Assembly: GCA_965372355.1 (NCBI GenBank)
Contig: CBDVBZ010000004.1
Span: 5,119 to 69,118 of the forward strand
Length of the DNA: 64,000 nt
DNA from: an uncultured bacterium
GTDB lineage: Bacteria; Krumholzibacteriota; Krumholzibacteriia; WVZY01
Direction: 5' to 3'
The notes below the pieces were generated by a model. It ran no database searches, was not told the DNA's origin, and was given only the letters and a program-made list of their open reading frames with translations. The position numbers were made by a program, and so were the translations under genes. Below, piece after piece: positions 28,805-38,708 of this stretch (position 1 is its first letter; each line of letters starts with the position of its first letter).

Positions 28805-30297
28805 AGCTTCAACGCGTTGACCGCCTCCTTACGGTCATCGAAATGGCGCCGCTTTGTTCCAACGATTTGATAGTCTTCGTGTCCCTTTCCGCATACCGCA
28901 ACGAGGTCGTCCGGCCCGGCATTCCGGATGGCTTCTTGGATGGCCTTGTGCCGGTCGGGCTCCACCACGAGGTTCCCCCGCCCACAATCCATTCCCTCGA
29001 GAATATCGTCGATGATTCTCAGGGGATCTTCCGTGCGCGGATTGTCGCTCGTCACATAACAGACATCCGCGCGTCTCTGGGCAATCTCCCCCATCAGCGG
29101 GCGTTTCCCCTTGTCGCGGTCACCGCCGCAACCAAAAACGACGATGAGACGCTGGGGCCCCAGCGCGCGACAGAACTCCAGCGTTCGCTCGAGGCTGTCT
29201 GGTGTGTGTGAGTAATCGACGATGGCTCGTGGTTTGCCCCCTCCACCCAGAGCCTCGAAGCGACCCGGGACCTTGCCGACCGATTCGAGACCCGATTTGA
29301 TGCGGTCGAGCCCGATCCCCAGCAAACTTCCGGCTGCAGCCGCCATCACCGCGTTGGAGGCACTGAAACTTCCCAGGAGTTTGAGATCGATGGCGATCTC
29401 CTCTTTGCCCGCGTGCAGGACGAACCGGGTGCCGCTTAGCGTGGCCCGGACGTCTGTGCCATAGACATCGGCCACCTCGCGGATGCTCGTGGAGACAGCC
29501 CCTCCGGGAAATTCATTTCCGATTTTCCTGGCACGTTCGTCGTCGAGCGAATAGACCAGCGTTCCGGGATCTTTGTGGCGGTCCTCGGCGATCAGCGAAT
29601 AGCAGAACTCACGTTTTGCGTCGATGTAGTCGTCCATCGTTGAGTGATAGTCGAGGTGGTCACGAGTTATGTTGGTTAGCATCCCAATCTCGAAATCAAG
29701 TCCCCATGTGCGCTGCTGCCTCACCGCGTGAGAACTGACCTCCGCGACCACCCCGACACACCCATCTTTCTTCATATCAGCCAGTAGCTGATGTAACGTA
29801 ATTGGCTCGGGCGTCGTATGAACGGCTGCGGACAACCGGCTTCCCGATCCGTGTCCTACCGTCCCGATAATCCCGAACTCTCCGACCGACGACTGCGCGC
29901 ATATTGCGCGGAAGAGGTGTGCCGTCGACGTTTTTCCGTTGGTCCCCGTCACCCCGACGAGGCGCAGATCGCGAGCCGGGTTTTTGTGGATCTCCGAGGC
30001 GAGAACGGCCAACGCTTTGGCCGAGTCGATAACCACGACGTTTGCCGCCTCTCCCGTGTCCAGTGGCTCTTCGGTTACGCACGCCGCCGCGCCGCGCCGG
30101 ACTGCATCACCAACAAAATGATGCCCATCGGTATCCACGCCGCGGATCGCCACGAATACATCGCCGGGCTCGATCTCCCGAGAGTCACTCTTTATCCCCT
30201 TTATCTCGACGTCTGGCATATCTTTCGTATCCACCTCTCCAAGAGCATTCATCAGATCGCGAAGCCGAAGCCCGCTGCTATCTCGCCCCACTCCCAT
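28789..30297 (-). CDS. murE: UDP-MurNAc-L-Ala-D-Glu--2,6-diaminopimelate ligase MurE
   Basis: LVGVTGTNGKTSTAHL. DNPR motif (VTSDNPRTEDP) indicating meso-DAP specificity. Confidence 0.93.
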   Translation of the reverse strand: MGVGRDSSGLRLRDLMNALGEVDTKDMPDVEIKGIKSDSREIEPGDVFVAIRGVDTDGHHFVGDAVRRGAAACVTEEPLDTGEAANVVVIDSAKALAVLASEIHKNPARDLRLVGVTGTNGKTSTAHLFRAICAQSSVGEFGIIGTVGHGSGSRLSAAVHTTPEPITLHQLLADMKKDGCVGVVAEVSSHAVRQQRTWGLDFEIGMLTNITRDHLDYHSTMDDYIDAKREFCYSLIAEDRHKDPGTLVYSLDDERARKIGNEFPGGAVSTSIREVADVYGTDVRATLSGTRFVLHAGKEEIAIDLKLLGSFSASNAVMAAAAGSLLGIGLDRIKSGLESVGKVPGRFEALGGGGKPRAIVDYSHTPDSLERTLEFCRALGPQRLIVVFGCGGDRDKGKRPLMGEIAQRRADVCYVTSDNPRTEDPLRIIDDILEGMDCGRGNLVVEPDRHKAIQEAIRNAGPDDLVAVCGKGHEDYQIVGTKRRHFDDRKEAVNALKLWSSE

Positions 30298-30303
30298 CTC
30301 GCA

Positions 30304-32418
30304 TCAACTCTTGCCTCGTCGCGCTGCTGCGTCCCTGCAGTAGATGCGGACGATTCCCGAACTGGTGGACTTCCCGGGCGCAGGTTTCTGCGACGTGACC
30401 ACACCGGTTCCGCTGATCGAACAGCGCAGCCCCGCCTGGACGGCTTTTCGTTTCGCCGCTCGAATTGGCAAACCCCTGAGATCGGGTGTCTTGTGCTGGG
30501 CCGTGCGCGACGAGCCCTCACTCAAATAGAGTCTCAACACTTCGTCCCGTCCCATTGCGACTCCGGGATCGGGGTCCTGCGCGACCACTTTGCCACTATT
30601 CCCGTTGCACAGGACGTTGAGCTCGAGCTGTCTGGCCTGCGCCATCGCCCGAGCGCGTTCGAGCCTCAGAAAATTCGGAGCGATGATCGTCTCTCCGTTC
30701 CCTGCGGACCCATCCTCCAGGACATCGGTTGTGAGCACCTGATCGAACATCGACGATGAGTTGGCGATCGCGGCCATCATCTTCGAGAACACGGGCGCCG
30801 CCGACACGCCGCCAAAGCGGTTGCGATAGTTGGGTTCATCCAGCATGACGAGGCAGACGATCTGCGGATTCTCGTAGGGCGCGAACCCGACAAAGCTCGC
30901 GATGAATCTGTTCTCCGAGTACCCCCCGGACGAACAAGCCTTCTCCGCCGTCCCTGTCTTGCCCGACAACTCCAGGTACACGAGGTCCGCTCGCTGACCG
31001 GTTCCCTCTTCGACGACGGAACGGCAGAAGCTTCTCAGGCGCTGCGCGGTGTCTTTGGAAACAACCCGTCGAACCCTGACCGGCTCGAAGGTCTCGATAT
31101 CTTCTTTGTTCTCATCGATGATCGATTTGACGATTCTCGGCTTCATCAGAACACCGTCGTTGGCAATCGCCGCAAACGCGTTGGCCAGCTGCAGTGGTGT
31201 CACGGCGATCTCCTGACCGAACGCCATCGTGATCTGCGTTCGTCTGGACCACTTTTTAACTGGCGCCACACTCCCCGCGGACTCGCCGAGGAATCGGATA
31301 CCGGTCTTCGCGCCAAAACCAAAGAGCCGGACGAACTCGAAAAACTCGAGTGGCTTGAGATTGAGCGAGGCCTTGGCCATTACGATATTGCTCGAAAAAA
31401 CAAATCCTTCCCGGAAGGTCAGGTGGCCGTAGGGGTGCGAATCCGATATAACGGCCACACCCATGTCCGCCCGACCGTTCTCGGCATCAAAAACATCGAA
31501 ACTGCGGACCTTCGAGGTCTGAAGCAAGGCGGCGGCGGTCACCAGCTTGAACGTGGATCCCGGCTCGTAGACATTGGACACGGACCGTAATGTCCACAGC
31601 GAATCGGCCAGGTCCCTGGCCCCTCGTGATGCCGCCGAGGGAGACTCGGCGAGTGCCAGGACCCCCCCGGTCGGCACGTTCAGTATGATAAGCGCCCCCC
31701 CGTTCGCGCCCGATTCCCGGACGGAGCGCTCCAACTCGAGCTCGGCGATCTCCTGAAGACCCGCATCGATCGTGAGGACGACGTGCCTGCCGTTGAGCGG
31801 TTTTTCTTCCGCGTATGTGTAATAGCCCTTCGATTTGTAGGTACCGTCTCTCTGCACCACTTCCCAGCCCGGAGTCCCGGCCAGTGTTTCATCGAAGGCC
31901 GCCTCGATGCCGGCCCTTCCCTCGCTCTCGTGCCCCACGAACCCCACGATCTTCGCCGCCGTGCTGCCAAATGGGTATATACGGTCCGCCTCGCGGTGGA
32001 TTTCCACACCACACAACCCTTTGATCTCCAGACGGGCCTCGTCCGACAACGCGCACTGTCGTTTGACATAGACAAAAGACTTGTCGGAACGGAGCAGTTT
32101 CTTGACCGCGCTTTTTGGCATGGAGAGATGTCGTGAGAGAACGGATACGACTTCCCCGCCTTTCTGCACCTTCTGCGGGTTGAGCGATACCGAGCAGGAC
32201 CTGATACTCAGCGCAAGCGGGCGGCCGTTGCGGTCAAAAATGCCTCCACGAATCGGAGGCACCTGTTTCTTGACCTTCCACTGATCCGTCGCCATGTCGG
32301 CGTAGTGGGCTCTCGAGAAGATCTGCACCTTAATCAATTTACCCCAGAGAACCAGGGTAAGAATCACGAACACGCCACCGACGACATAGAGCCGAAAATT
32401 TCGTTTCTTGCGTCTCAT
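30304..32418 (-). CDS. ftsI: peptidoglycan D,D-transpeptidase FtsI (class B PBP) with two C-terminal PASTA-like repeats
   Basis: N-terminal TM, dimerisation domain, transpeptidase motifs (STFK: EPGSTFKLVTAA; SxN; KTG: SGKTGTA). C-terminal IIAPNFLRLERARAMAQARQLELNVL... and PDLRGLPIRAAKRKAVQAGLRCSISG... resemble PASTA units. Confidence 0.92.
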   Translation of the reverse strand: MRRKKRNFRLYVVGGVFVILTLVLWGKLIKVQIFSRAHYADMATDQWKVKKQVPPIRGGIFDRNGRPLALSIRSCSVSLNPQKVQKGGEVVSVLSRHLSMPKSAVKKLLRSDKSFVYVKRQCALSDEARLEIKGLCGVEIHREADRIYPFGSTAAKIVGFVGHESEGRAGIEAAFDETLAGTPGWEVVQRDGTYKSKGYYTYAEEKPLNGRHVVLTIDAGLQEIAELELERSVRESGANGGALIILNVPTGGVLALAESPSAASRGARDLADSLWTLRSVSNVYEPGSTFKLVTAAALLQTSKVRSFDVFDAENGRADMGVAVISDSHPYGHLTFREGFVFSSNIVMAKASLNLKPLEFFEFVRLFGFGAKTGIRFLGESAGSVAPVKKWSRRTQITMAFGQEIAVTPLQLANAFAAIANDGVLMKPRIVKSIIDENKEDIETFEPVRVRRVVSKDTAQRLRSFCRSVVEEGTGQRADLVYLELSGKTGTAEKACSSGGYSENRFIASFVGFAPYENPQIVCLVMLDEPNYRNRFGGVSAAPVFSKMMAAIANSSSMFDQVLTTDVLEDGSAGNGETIIAPNFLRLERARAMAQARQLELNVLCNGNSGKVVAQDPDPGVAMGRDEVLRLYLSEGSSRTAQHKTPDLRGLPIRAAKRKAVQAGLRCSISGTGVVTSQKPAPGKSTSSGIVRIYCRDAAARRGKS

Positions 32419-32858
32419 CGACCCGACTTTCCGCTTTCGCGTAGCAGACTAAACCGGTAAAGATCGTTGTTCCCGGAAAACTCGTGTGTGAACTCGACAG
32501 GCTGCCGCGGACCCTGCGGATCGTTCTCGACAGCGAATCTTTCAATGGTACCGTCGTGGGCCTGAACCATGCCAAGCTTCGACTCACAGTATTCCGTCAC
32601 CTTCCCCCGCGACGACCTCGAGATATACTCACCGGTGAGTTTGTGGAGCGCCTCGTTACGCCCCTGCCTCGAGCGTTTCAACTCTGCAATGTCTTGCGTG
32701 AGCACCGACGTGTACACCTGTGCAGAAACATACGTCAGCAAGAGCAGGGCAATCCCCGTGTAGACAAGAAGTGTCACGTGCAGGCGGGTACTGCACGTTA
32801 AGGCGGCAGCCAAACCGTGGCCGAGCCTGCGATAGATGTCGTTCTTGTTTTTCTTCAT
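32415..32858 (-). CDS. ftsL: cell division protein FtsL-like (single TM + coiled coil)
   Basis: From MKKNKNDIYRR: TM helix LLVYTGIALLLLTYV followed by coiled-coil TQDIAELKRSRQGRNEALHKL. Canonical position between rsmH and ftsI. Stop overlaps the ftsI start. Confidence 0.65.
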   Translation of the reverse strand: MKKNKNDIYRRLGHGLAAALTCSTRLHVTLLVYTGIALLLLTYVSAQVYTSVLTQDIAELKRSRQGRNEALHKLTGEYISRSSRGKVTEYCESKLGMVQAHDGTIERFAVENDPQGPRQPVEFTHEFSGNNDLYRFSLLRESGKSGR

Positions 32859-32868
32859 CTGTCTTCTC

Positions 32869-33774
32869 CTAGACAACAACTCGTGCGGCACGCAGCCGGG
32901 CGCTTCGCGCTCTGGGGTTGGCCTCAACTTCTTGCGATGACGGTTTCACCACGCGCCGCGTCAGAACCTCCAGCGTCGCCGTGTGATCACAGGCACATAC
33001 CGGCACCCGGGGAGGACATATGCAATCACGGCTTTCCCGCCGAAAGGAGTCTTTGACAAGTCGATCTTCAAGAGAGTGATAACTTATGACAACGATCCTT
33101 GCGTTCTTGCGCAGTTTTGCAGCAAGCCCATCGAGGAATCGTTCGAGATTGCGAAGTTCATCGTTGACTACGATGCGAATCGCCTGAAACACCTTGCTCA
33201 ACAGGGCCGGTGGCGCGGGGCCCCGCAATACGGTTTCGACGGCCTGCCGGAGATCGGATGTCGTGGTCATTTCGTTTCGTTCGACCGCGGCGCGAATCTC
33301 CTTCGCGATCTTCGACGCTCCCCTCACTTCACCAAGGCGTTTTATCATCCGTGAGAGCTCGCGCTTATCGGTTCTCTCCAGCAACGCTCCGGCCGTTTCT
33401 CCCTCGGAGGACATTCGCATGTCGAGCGGTCCGTCGCTAGCGTGACTGAATCCGCGCTCGTGTCTGTCTATCTGCAGGCTCGACACACCGAGATCGACGA
33501 GCACTCCGTCCGCCCGCTCCTGCTCGATCTGGTGAAGATCAGCGTAGTTGGCTCTCACGAGTCGAACTCGCTCCTTGAAAGGTTTGAGGGTTTTCTCCGC
33601 CTCGGCGAGCGCCTGCGGATCGCGATCGATTCCGAGAACGCGCACATCCTGGTTCGCAACGAGAATCGCGGCCGTGTGTCCTCCGCCACCAACGGTGGCA
33701 TCGATCAACAGCCGCGACTGTTCGTGCAGCAGGTAGTGCACGACTTCGGTTGTCATCACCGGGGTATGGATCAT
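32869..33774 (-). CDS. rsmH: 16S rRNA (cytosine1402-N4)-methyltransferase RsmH (MraW)
   Basis: MIHTPVMTTEVVHYL...DATVGGGGHT SAM-binding motif. 301 aa. Confidence 0.95.
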   Translation of the reverse strand: MIHTPVMTTEVVHYLLHEQSRLLIDATVGGGGHTAAILVANQDVRVLGIDRDPQALAEAEKTLKPFKERVRLVRANYADLHQIEQERADGVLVDLGVSSLQIDRHERGFSHASDGPLDMRMSSEGETAGALLERTDKRELSRMIKRLGEVRGASKIAKEIRAAVERNEMTTTSDLRQAVETVLRGPAPPALLSKVFQAIRIVVNDELRNLERFLDGLAAKLRKNARIVVISYHSLEDRLVKDSFRRESRDCICPPRVPVCACDHTATLEVLTRRVVKPSSQEVEANPRARSARLRAARVVV

Positions 33775-33837
33775 TGAATGCTCCCGTGCCTGGATCCGGA
33801 TCGAAACACGCTCCAGCCAGGTTTCGATCTACCCCCA

Positions 33838-34281
33838 TCAGAACAACCGATCGTTCGTTTCCTTGAACGCGCGTATCATGTCCTCGTACTTCCTCTCCAT
33901 GTGACTCTTGTGCCAAACTTCTATGTAGATATCCATATCGACAACTGCGACCGTCCCGTCGAGTCTGCACGTCTCTCGAATACGGCCCGGAATCATGAAT
34001 CTCCCCTGGCCATCGACGACAGCCGTTTCCTTGATCATCATCGCGTACCGGTACGTGTCCTTTTTTTGCTCCCCGGGTGTCCCGCTTCGCAGGGTCTGCC
34101 GGTACTCCTCCCACTGCGAGGCCGTGCGAATCTCGAGATATGGAGGGTCGGAGAGGTTGGGCACGAGGTACAGAGTGTCGCCTTTCTTGATCTCAAACGC
34201 CTCGCGGACCTCCTTCGGGAGCAGCAATCGGCCCTTGCTGTCAATGGCGTGCAGGGACTTCTCATTGAAGTGGTTGATCAT
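33838..34281 (-). CDS. mraZ: transcriptional regulator MraZ
   Basis: 147 aa with two MraZ repeats: DSKGRLLLPKEVRE and DGQGRFMIPGRIRE (DxxGR motifs). Confidence 0.95.
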   Translation of the reverse strand: MINHFNEKSLHAIDSKGRLLLPKEVREAFEIKKGDTLYLVPNLSDPPYLEIRTASQWEEYRQTLRSGTPGEQKKDTYRYAMMIKETAVVDGQGRFMIPGRIRETCRLDGTVAVVDMDIYIEVWHKSHMERKYEDMIRAFKETNDRLF

Positions 34282-34652
34282 AGATATATACCAGAAATTT
34301 CGGTTTGTTGATCAAGCTCTAGTGAAACTGGGAACTACCTCCACAATAGCGCCTAGAATAGGTTCTATTTGGGACACAGTCAAGCGCAAAATCCGTCATC
34401 TGGAAGATTCCCTGGAGATTTCCATGAACGGCATAACCTGTTTGTTTATATTAGATTAATGGTCTCTCAAGAACGGGATCAGTCGTCCGGAGGGCCGAGA
34501 ACGCCCGAGAGGCCCGACGGGGCATTTTTCGGCGTAAAATAGCGTATCACACTATGTCACAATAGGTTGCGCTGGCCGAAGGTCTCTGGAGCGTGCCTGA
34601 GCCTCCACGAGCCTCTTGGACAGGGTTCCCTCCCCACCGGAAGGTGCTTTTT

Positions 34653-36209
34653 TCAGTCGGAGTACACGCGATACAGCGTGAAGTAGTACGGGCCGGGCAT
34701 GCGGATACCGAGGTTCTCCATCCGCTCCACCCGGATGGCCGCCAGCCGGCAGTCACCAAAGGTCCGCCCATCCAGCCGGTTTGGCGTCGTCGCCCGGTCG
34801 ATCAGGAAGTCGACCCGCGGAAAAGCGGCGAGGTCGAGGTAGAGCCCCTGTTGAACCACTTCCTCGTATGTGTGCTCGCGCATCAGTCTCGCGGTCGCTG
34901 TATCCACCAGCCCACCGAGATCGAGAACGCGGCGCTTCGAATAGAATCCGACGTAACCGATGTCGATCGCGGCCACGACGGCGTCTTCGTCGGAGTGATT
35001 CTTGATGTGGAGAGCGAGATGTTTAAGGTTGTGGGTAAGGTCCCGCGAGAACGCGCGCGACGGTCCGACCACGAACCCGAAGTAGAGCGCGATATTCAAC
35101 GTCACCACGATGATCGCCGTGGCCGTTATCAGGGCACGCCGGCCGCTTGCCGCCCTGCCGAGTTTCCCCGCCAGATCCTCCAGGGCGACAAAACCAAGCA
35201 CCAGGGCAAAAGGAGTCGTGAGCAGCAAGTAGCGGGACAAGATCTGGACATCGAAAACAACGAACGCGACCGGCAACGCAACAATCCACAACAGCAGAAA
35301 CCGGCATTGGTCAGAGAGCACCTTCGCTCGACCGCGAAGTACCACGATGGATGCGAGGATCGCGAGGAGCAGAATACCTTCGGTACCGCCCGAGATCTCT
35401 GCGACGGGCTCCAGTCTCTGAACGAGGGAGATGGGGTTGAGACTGAACCCACCGCTCTTTGCTCCCGCGGTAAGCGGCAAAAACTGTCCGAGATGAAGTT
35501 TGGCGAAAGCGAGCCACGGCGCAATGAGTGCCGCGTAGATCGTGAGAGTGCGAACCAAACACGACCACTCGCGCCGTCTTACGGACAGAAACGCCAGCAC
35601 ATAGACGGGCACCAACAAATACGCCTCCGGACGGACAAGTGCGGCAATCGCCATAGCGAATCCAAGCAGCCACGCCTTGCGGGGCGAGTGCGACGCGTCG
35701 AGCCATGCGATACCCGCCGCCGCGATCACAAGAACCGCCGAAGCGGTTTCCATGCTCAGGGCCGTCCATCGCACGTGCCACGCGTGCGTGGCCAGCGTCA
35801 AAGCGCACATCCACGCGGTGAACACGGCAAGCCCGATCGCACGGGCGAAGCCAAACATGAGAACCACGGCGACACCGCCGCTGAGCCACGACAGAATGCG
35901 CGAGTACACAACGAGATTCTCTCCGCCCCCGAAGATGCTTCCCAACGCAGCGAGGCACAACACCCACAGGGGGCTGGTTGTCCCATACGCCACGTTGCCG
36001 GCGTTAAAGCTGTACTCCCCGCGGATGATCATGTTGTCTGCGTACTGGATGTGGATATAGGTGTCGTCGATCACACCGTGCTTCAATGGCACGAGCAGCA
36101 CGGCCAGAACAAAGACAGGGATGAGAAGCGATGCGTTTTGCCTTGCAGTCACGACGTTCGTAATCCCCTTTCTTACCCTATCGCCACAGCATTCTGGCCA
36201 GTCCACCAA
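34653..36209 (-). CDS. GT-C-fold membrane glycosyltransferase, ArnT/PMT-like (GT39/GT83-like)
   Basis: First extracytoplasmic loop GVIDDTYIHIQYADNMIIRGEYSFNAGNVAYGTTSPLWVL mirrors the ArnT/PMT pattern (DE.RYA.IAREM..GDW...G.PYFEKPPLLYW). ~11 TM helices plus a ~140-aa C-terminal soluble domain. Confidence 0.6.
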   Translation of the reverse strand: MVDWPECCGDRVRKGITNVVTARQNASLLIPVFVLAVLLVPLKHGVIDDTYIHIQYADNMIIRGEYSFNAGNVAYGTTSPLWVLCLAALGSIFGGGENLVVYSRILSWLSGGVAVVLMFGFARAIGLAVFTAWMCALTLATHAWHVRWTALSMETASAVLVIAAAGIAWLDASHSPRKAWLLGFAMAIAALVRPEAYLLVPVYVLAFLSVRRREWSCLVRTLTIYAALIAPWLAFAKLHLGQFLPLTAGAKSGGFSLNPISLVQRLEPVAEISGGTEGILLLAILASIVVLRGRAKVLSDQCRFLLLWIVALPVAFVVFDVQILSRYLLLTTPFALVLGFVALEDLAGKLGRAASGRRALITATAIIVVTLNIALYFGFVVGPSRAFSRDLTHNLKHLALHIKNHSDEDAVVAAIDIGYVGFYSKRRVLDLGGLVDTATARLMREHTYEEVVQQGLYLDLAAFPRVDFLIDRATTPNRLDGRTFGDCRLAAIRVERMENLGIRMPGPYYFTLYRVYSD

Positions 36210-37803
36210 ACCCGCTCTTTCGCAGGACCGTCTTCATCCGTTCCTTCTCGTTCTCGTCGAAGACCCGCAAAACCTTCAGCAGTCCTGGATACACCACACA
36301 CCCGACAAGAAAGAGTACCACTCTTATGACAAGAGACAAGCCTCCGGATCCAGTATCGATCAACGCCATGACGACGAGGAGAGGAAGCATCGCCACACAC
36401 ACGCCAACCAGAATACTCGCAAGAACGCGGCCTACGAAGCGGAGGTCAATAGATAGCGCGGATATTCTGACGGCGAGCACGAGTTGCACGACGCATGCAG
36501 CCAGACTCGCCAACCCTATGCCGGTCAAGTCGAGCACCGGGCCAAGAACCGCGATGAGGGCAACATAGACGATTGCCCAGGCCAGGTCGACCCGAAGCGC
36601 GCCGCGAACATGGTCCGTCGCCTTCATCACCGTTGTCAAAGGCGCGGTCGCGGTCACGATCGGTATGCAAGCGGCCAGCATGATCACGAGCGGAATGGCA
36701 GGCGTATAACTGACGCTCGAAACGAGAATGATGAGATCGCGCCCAAATGCACCGATGCTAAACGCCACGAGCACGCCGACCGCCACGCTGAACTTGAGGA
36801 ACATTCGGGCAATCGAATCGGCATCTCTTGCTCTTCCTTCGACGTGAAGCCGGGTGACCTCCGGCTGGATCGCCGTGTTCGATGCGGCAAGCAGCCGGTT
36901 TGCCGATTGTGTGATACGGGCGCCGATGTGAAACAGGGCAATGAGTTCGAGAGGGAGAACCTGTGCCACAACGTACCGGTCGACATCGGTAAAGGCCACT
37001 GCCACCAGACTGATCCCCAGCGCACCGAGAAAGTAGTCGCGGTATGCGACACCGCTCGCCGCAGCACTCGCCGCGTCCCGGCCACCGTTCTCAATACCCG
37101 TCCGCGCCACCAACCACAGAAACACCGGGATGCCGATACCGGTTGAGACAAGATGCACAACACCGAGAATCCTGAAGATCAGCGCGAGGGACAGGTCATG
37201 TCGAGCGATATACATCCACACCAATGTGGCGAGCAATGACAATAGTTCGATAGGCACCTGAACGGTGATCCTGCGCAACCCCTGCAGCCCACCATAGACG
37301 ATCTGCTTGAGAACAATCCCTAATGTCGTGATCGCAAACCACAGGAGGAGTTCACCGCTGACGACCCCGGGATCCACGAAGGAGAGCAACCACGACCGCA
37401 TACCATACGCCACAGCACCGAGCAGCGCGAACAAAACGGTCGAGACGACCAGACACACAACGCTCAGACGCATCGCCCGCGCGCCGTCGTTGGCCGATTC
37501 GTGTACGGGAAGATAACGTACCAGCAGTTGCGGCAGACCGTTGGCGGCAAGCATCGCCAGCAGGAGCGAAAAACCCCTGAGAGAGGCAAACAAACCAAAC
37601 GTATCAAGAGCCAGAAAGTTGGACAGTATCTTTATCTGAACAAGAGCGAGGAGCGTACCGAGGATAGCCTGGATGACGAGCGCCATCGCATTCGGCAGAA
37701 ATCTGGACTCTCCGTGTGACGTGGGGATGCGATCTCTCATTCGCCTGGTTGTTTGATTGAACGCCTGGCAGCCGCAGCAAATCTCAAGGGGATCGAACGC
37801 CAA
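36178..37803 (-). CDS. MOP-superfamily oligosaccharide flippase (Wzx/MurJ-like polysaccharide biosynthesis protein)
   Basis: ~14 TM helices with conserved Arg/Asp in the first helices (LVRYLP...). No soluble domains. Located inside a glycan gene cluster. Confidence 0.7.
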   Translation of the reverse strand: MAFDPLEICCGCQAFNQTTRRMRDRIPTSHGESRFLPNAMALVIQAILGTLLALVQIKILSNFLALDTFGLFASLRGFSLLLAMLAANGLPQLLVRYLPVHESANDGARAMRLSVVCLVVSTVLFALLGAVAYGMRSWLLSFVDPGVVSGELLLWFAITTLGIVLKQIVYGGLQGLRRITVQVPIELLSLLATLVWMYIARHDLSLALIFRILGVVHLVSTGIGIPVFLWLVARTGIENGGRDAASAAASGVAYRDYFLGALGISLVAVAFTDVDRYVVAQVLPLELIALFHIGARITQSANRLLAASNTAIQPEVTRLHVEGRARDADSIARMFLKFSVAVGVLVAFSIGAFGRDLIILVSSVSYTPAIPLVIMLAACIPIVTATAPLTTVMKATDHVRGALRVDLAWAIVYVALIAVLGPVLDLTGIGLASLAACVVQLVLAVRISALSIDLRFVGRVLASILVGVCVAMLPLLVVMALIDTGSGGLSLVIRVVLFLVGCVVYPGLLKVLRVFDENEKERMKTVLRKSGFGGLARMLWR

Positions 37804-38708
37804 CGAAGGACCGGGTACTCGTACCGGGCACCACCGAGCGATTCCTTGTAATCGATCAGCGTGTCCTTGTTCAGGCTGCCTCCGAGGTTATAGCGTTTGT
37901 AACCATTGTCGCACGCATGCCGGATACACGAACTATAGAGGAGTGTGCTCGCCTGGACCGATCGGCTGTCTTGTGTCGTCACACCGTTCCACGCAATCAC
38001 GGTGTCCCCAAAGTAGAAATTCAAGTGACCGCCGAGCAATTCGTCACCCGCCCGCGCGAGAAACAACCGTACGTTGCCACCACCTCTTTGCACCAATTCG
38101 ACAAACAGCGACTCGGGGTACGCGCGCGGTAGATTCCACTCGTCCGCTCGCTCCCTGTATATCCGGTAATAGCCTCTCACCTCGTCTGCAGAGGCTGTTT
38201 GCGCGACCGTAATACCTTCGCGCTCCGCCTTCCTCGTTTGACGCCGTTTTGATTTCTCGAACTGCCCGCTCCACAGCTCGTCGAAGCCAGGTTCCAGATC
38301 GATAATGTGCGTCGTCACAGTGTCGCGCGACATCCGTGATTCCGGTAAGCGATTCAGAAAGTCAACCATTGCGACCTCGTGCACATCCATTCTCCGACGC
38401 GTGCGTGCAAATCGATCGGCCAGAAGTTTCTCGACCGGGCCTGCCTCGACGGTGACGGGTCCCCCGTAAGTACCAAAGGGCAGAGACAAGCACCTCCGCA
38501 AAATACCGCTTCCGGTCACGAAGTATGGTAGATATCCGAGGAGGTTCTCACCGCTTCGTGCGACGAGACACCTGAACTTGAACTGTGGAAAGCTGTTTGT
38601 GAGGCACTCGAGCCAGACGCGCGTGTGATAGAAGCTGGCCAGTGGAGACTGACATGCTATCTCATCGAGACCATCAGGGACTCGATCCACGGTTTCTACT
38701 CGCATCAC
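37737..38708 (-). CDS. FemAB-family (Acetyltransf_6/GNAT-fold) acyl/aminoacyl transferase
   Basis: Architecture and blocks such as LLGYLPYFVTGSGILRRCLSLPFGTYGGPV and LFLARAGDELLGGHLNFYFGDTVIAWNGVT...YKRYNLGGS match FemAB/BioF2-like transferases. Adjacent to a DegT aminotransferase. Confidence 0.65.
   Translation of the reverse strand: MMRVETVDRVPDGLDEIACQSPLASFYHTRVWLECLTNSFPQFKFRCLVARSGENLLGYLPYFVTGSGILRRCLSLPFGTYGGPVTVEAGPVEKLLADRFARTRRRMDVHEVAMVDFLNRLPESRMSRDTVTTHIIDLEPGFDELWSGQFEKSKRRQTRKAEREGITVAQTASADEVRGYYRIYRERADEWNLPRAYPESLFVELVQRGGGNVRLFLARAGDELLGGHLNFYFGDTVIAWNGVTTQDSRSVQASTLLYSSCIRHACDNGYKRYNLGGSLNKDTLIDYKESLGGARYEYPVLRWRSIPLRFAAAARRSIKQPGE

Noticed and set aside
34627-34650. Hairpin CACC-ggaa-GGTG followed by CTTTTTTC on the plus strand (terminator-like)
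   Set aside because: Only a 4-bp stem. It is oriented for plus-strand transcription, but no plus-strand gene ends there. On the minus strand the T-tract precedes the hairpin, so it is not a convincing terminator for the GT-C gene ending at 34653.
34593-36329. 578-aa plus-strand ORF, and many other long antisense ORFs (e.g. 2148-3191, 23779-24960, 40145-41362, 42874-43806, 45155-45820, 55345-56016, 6256-7098)
   Set aside because: They lie opposite well-supported minus-strand genes with clear homology. Their translations are Arg/Pro/Gly/His-rich low-complexity, typical of shadow ORFs in high-GC DNA. No motifs recognised.
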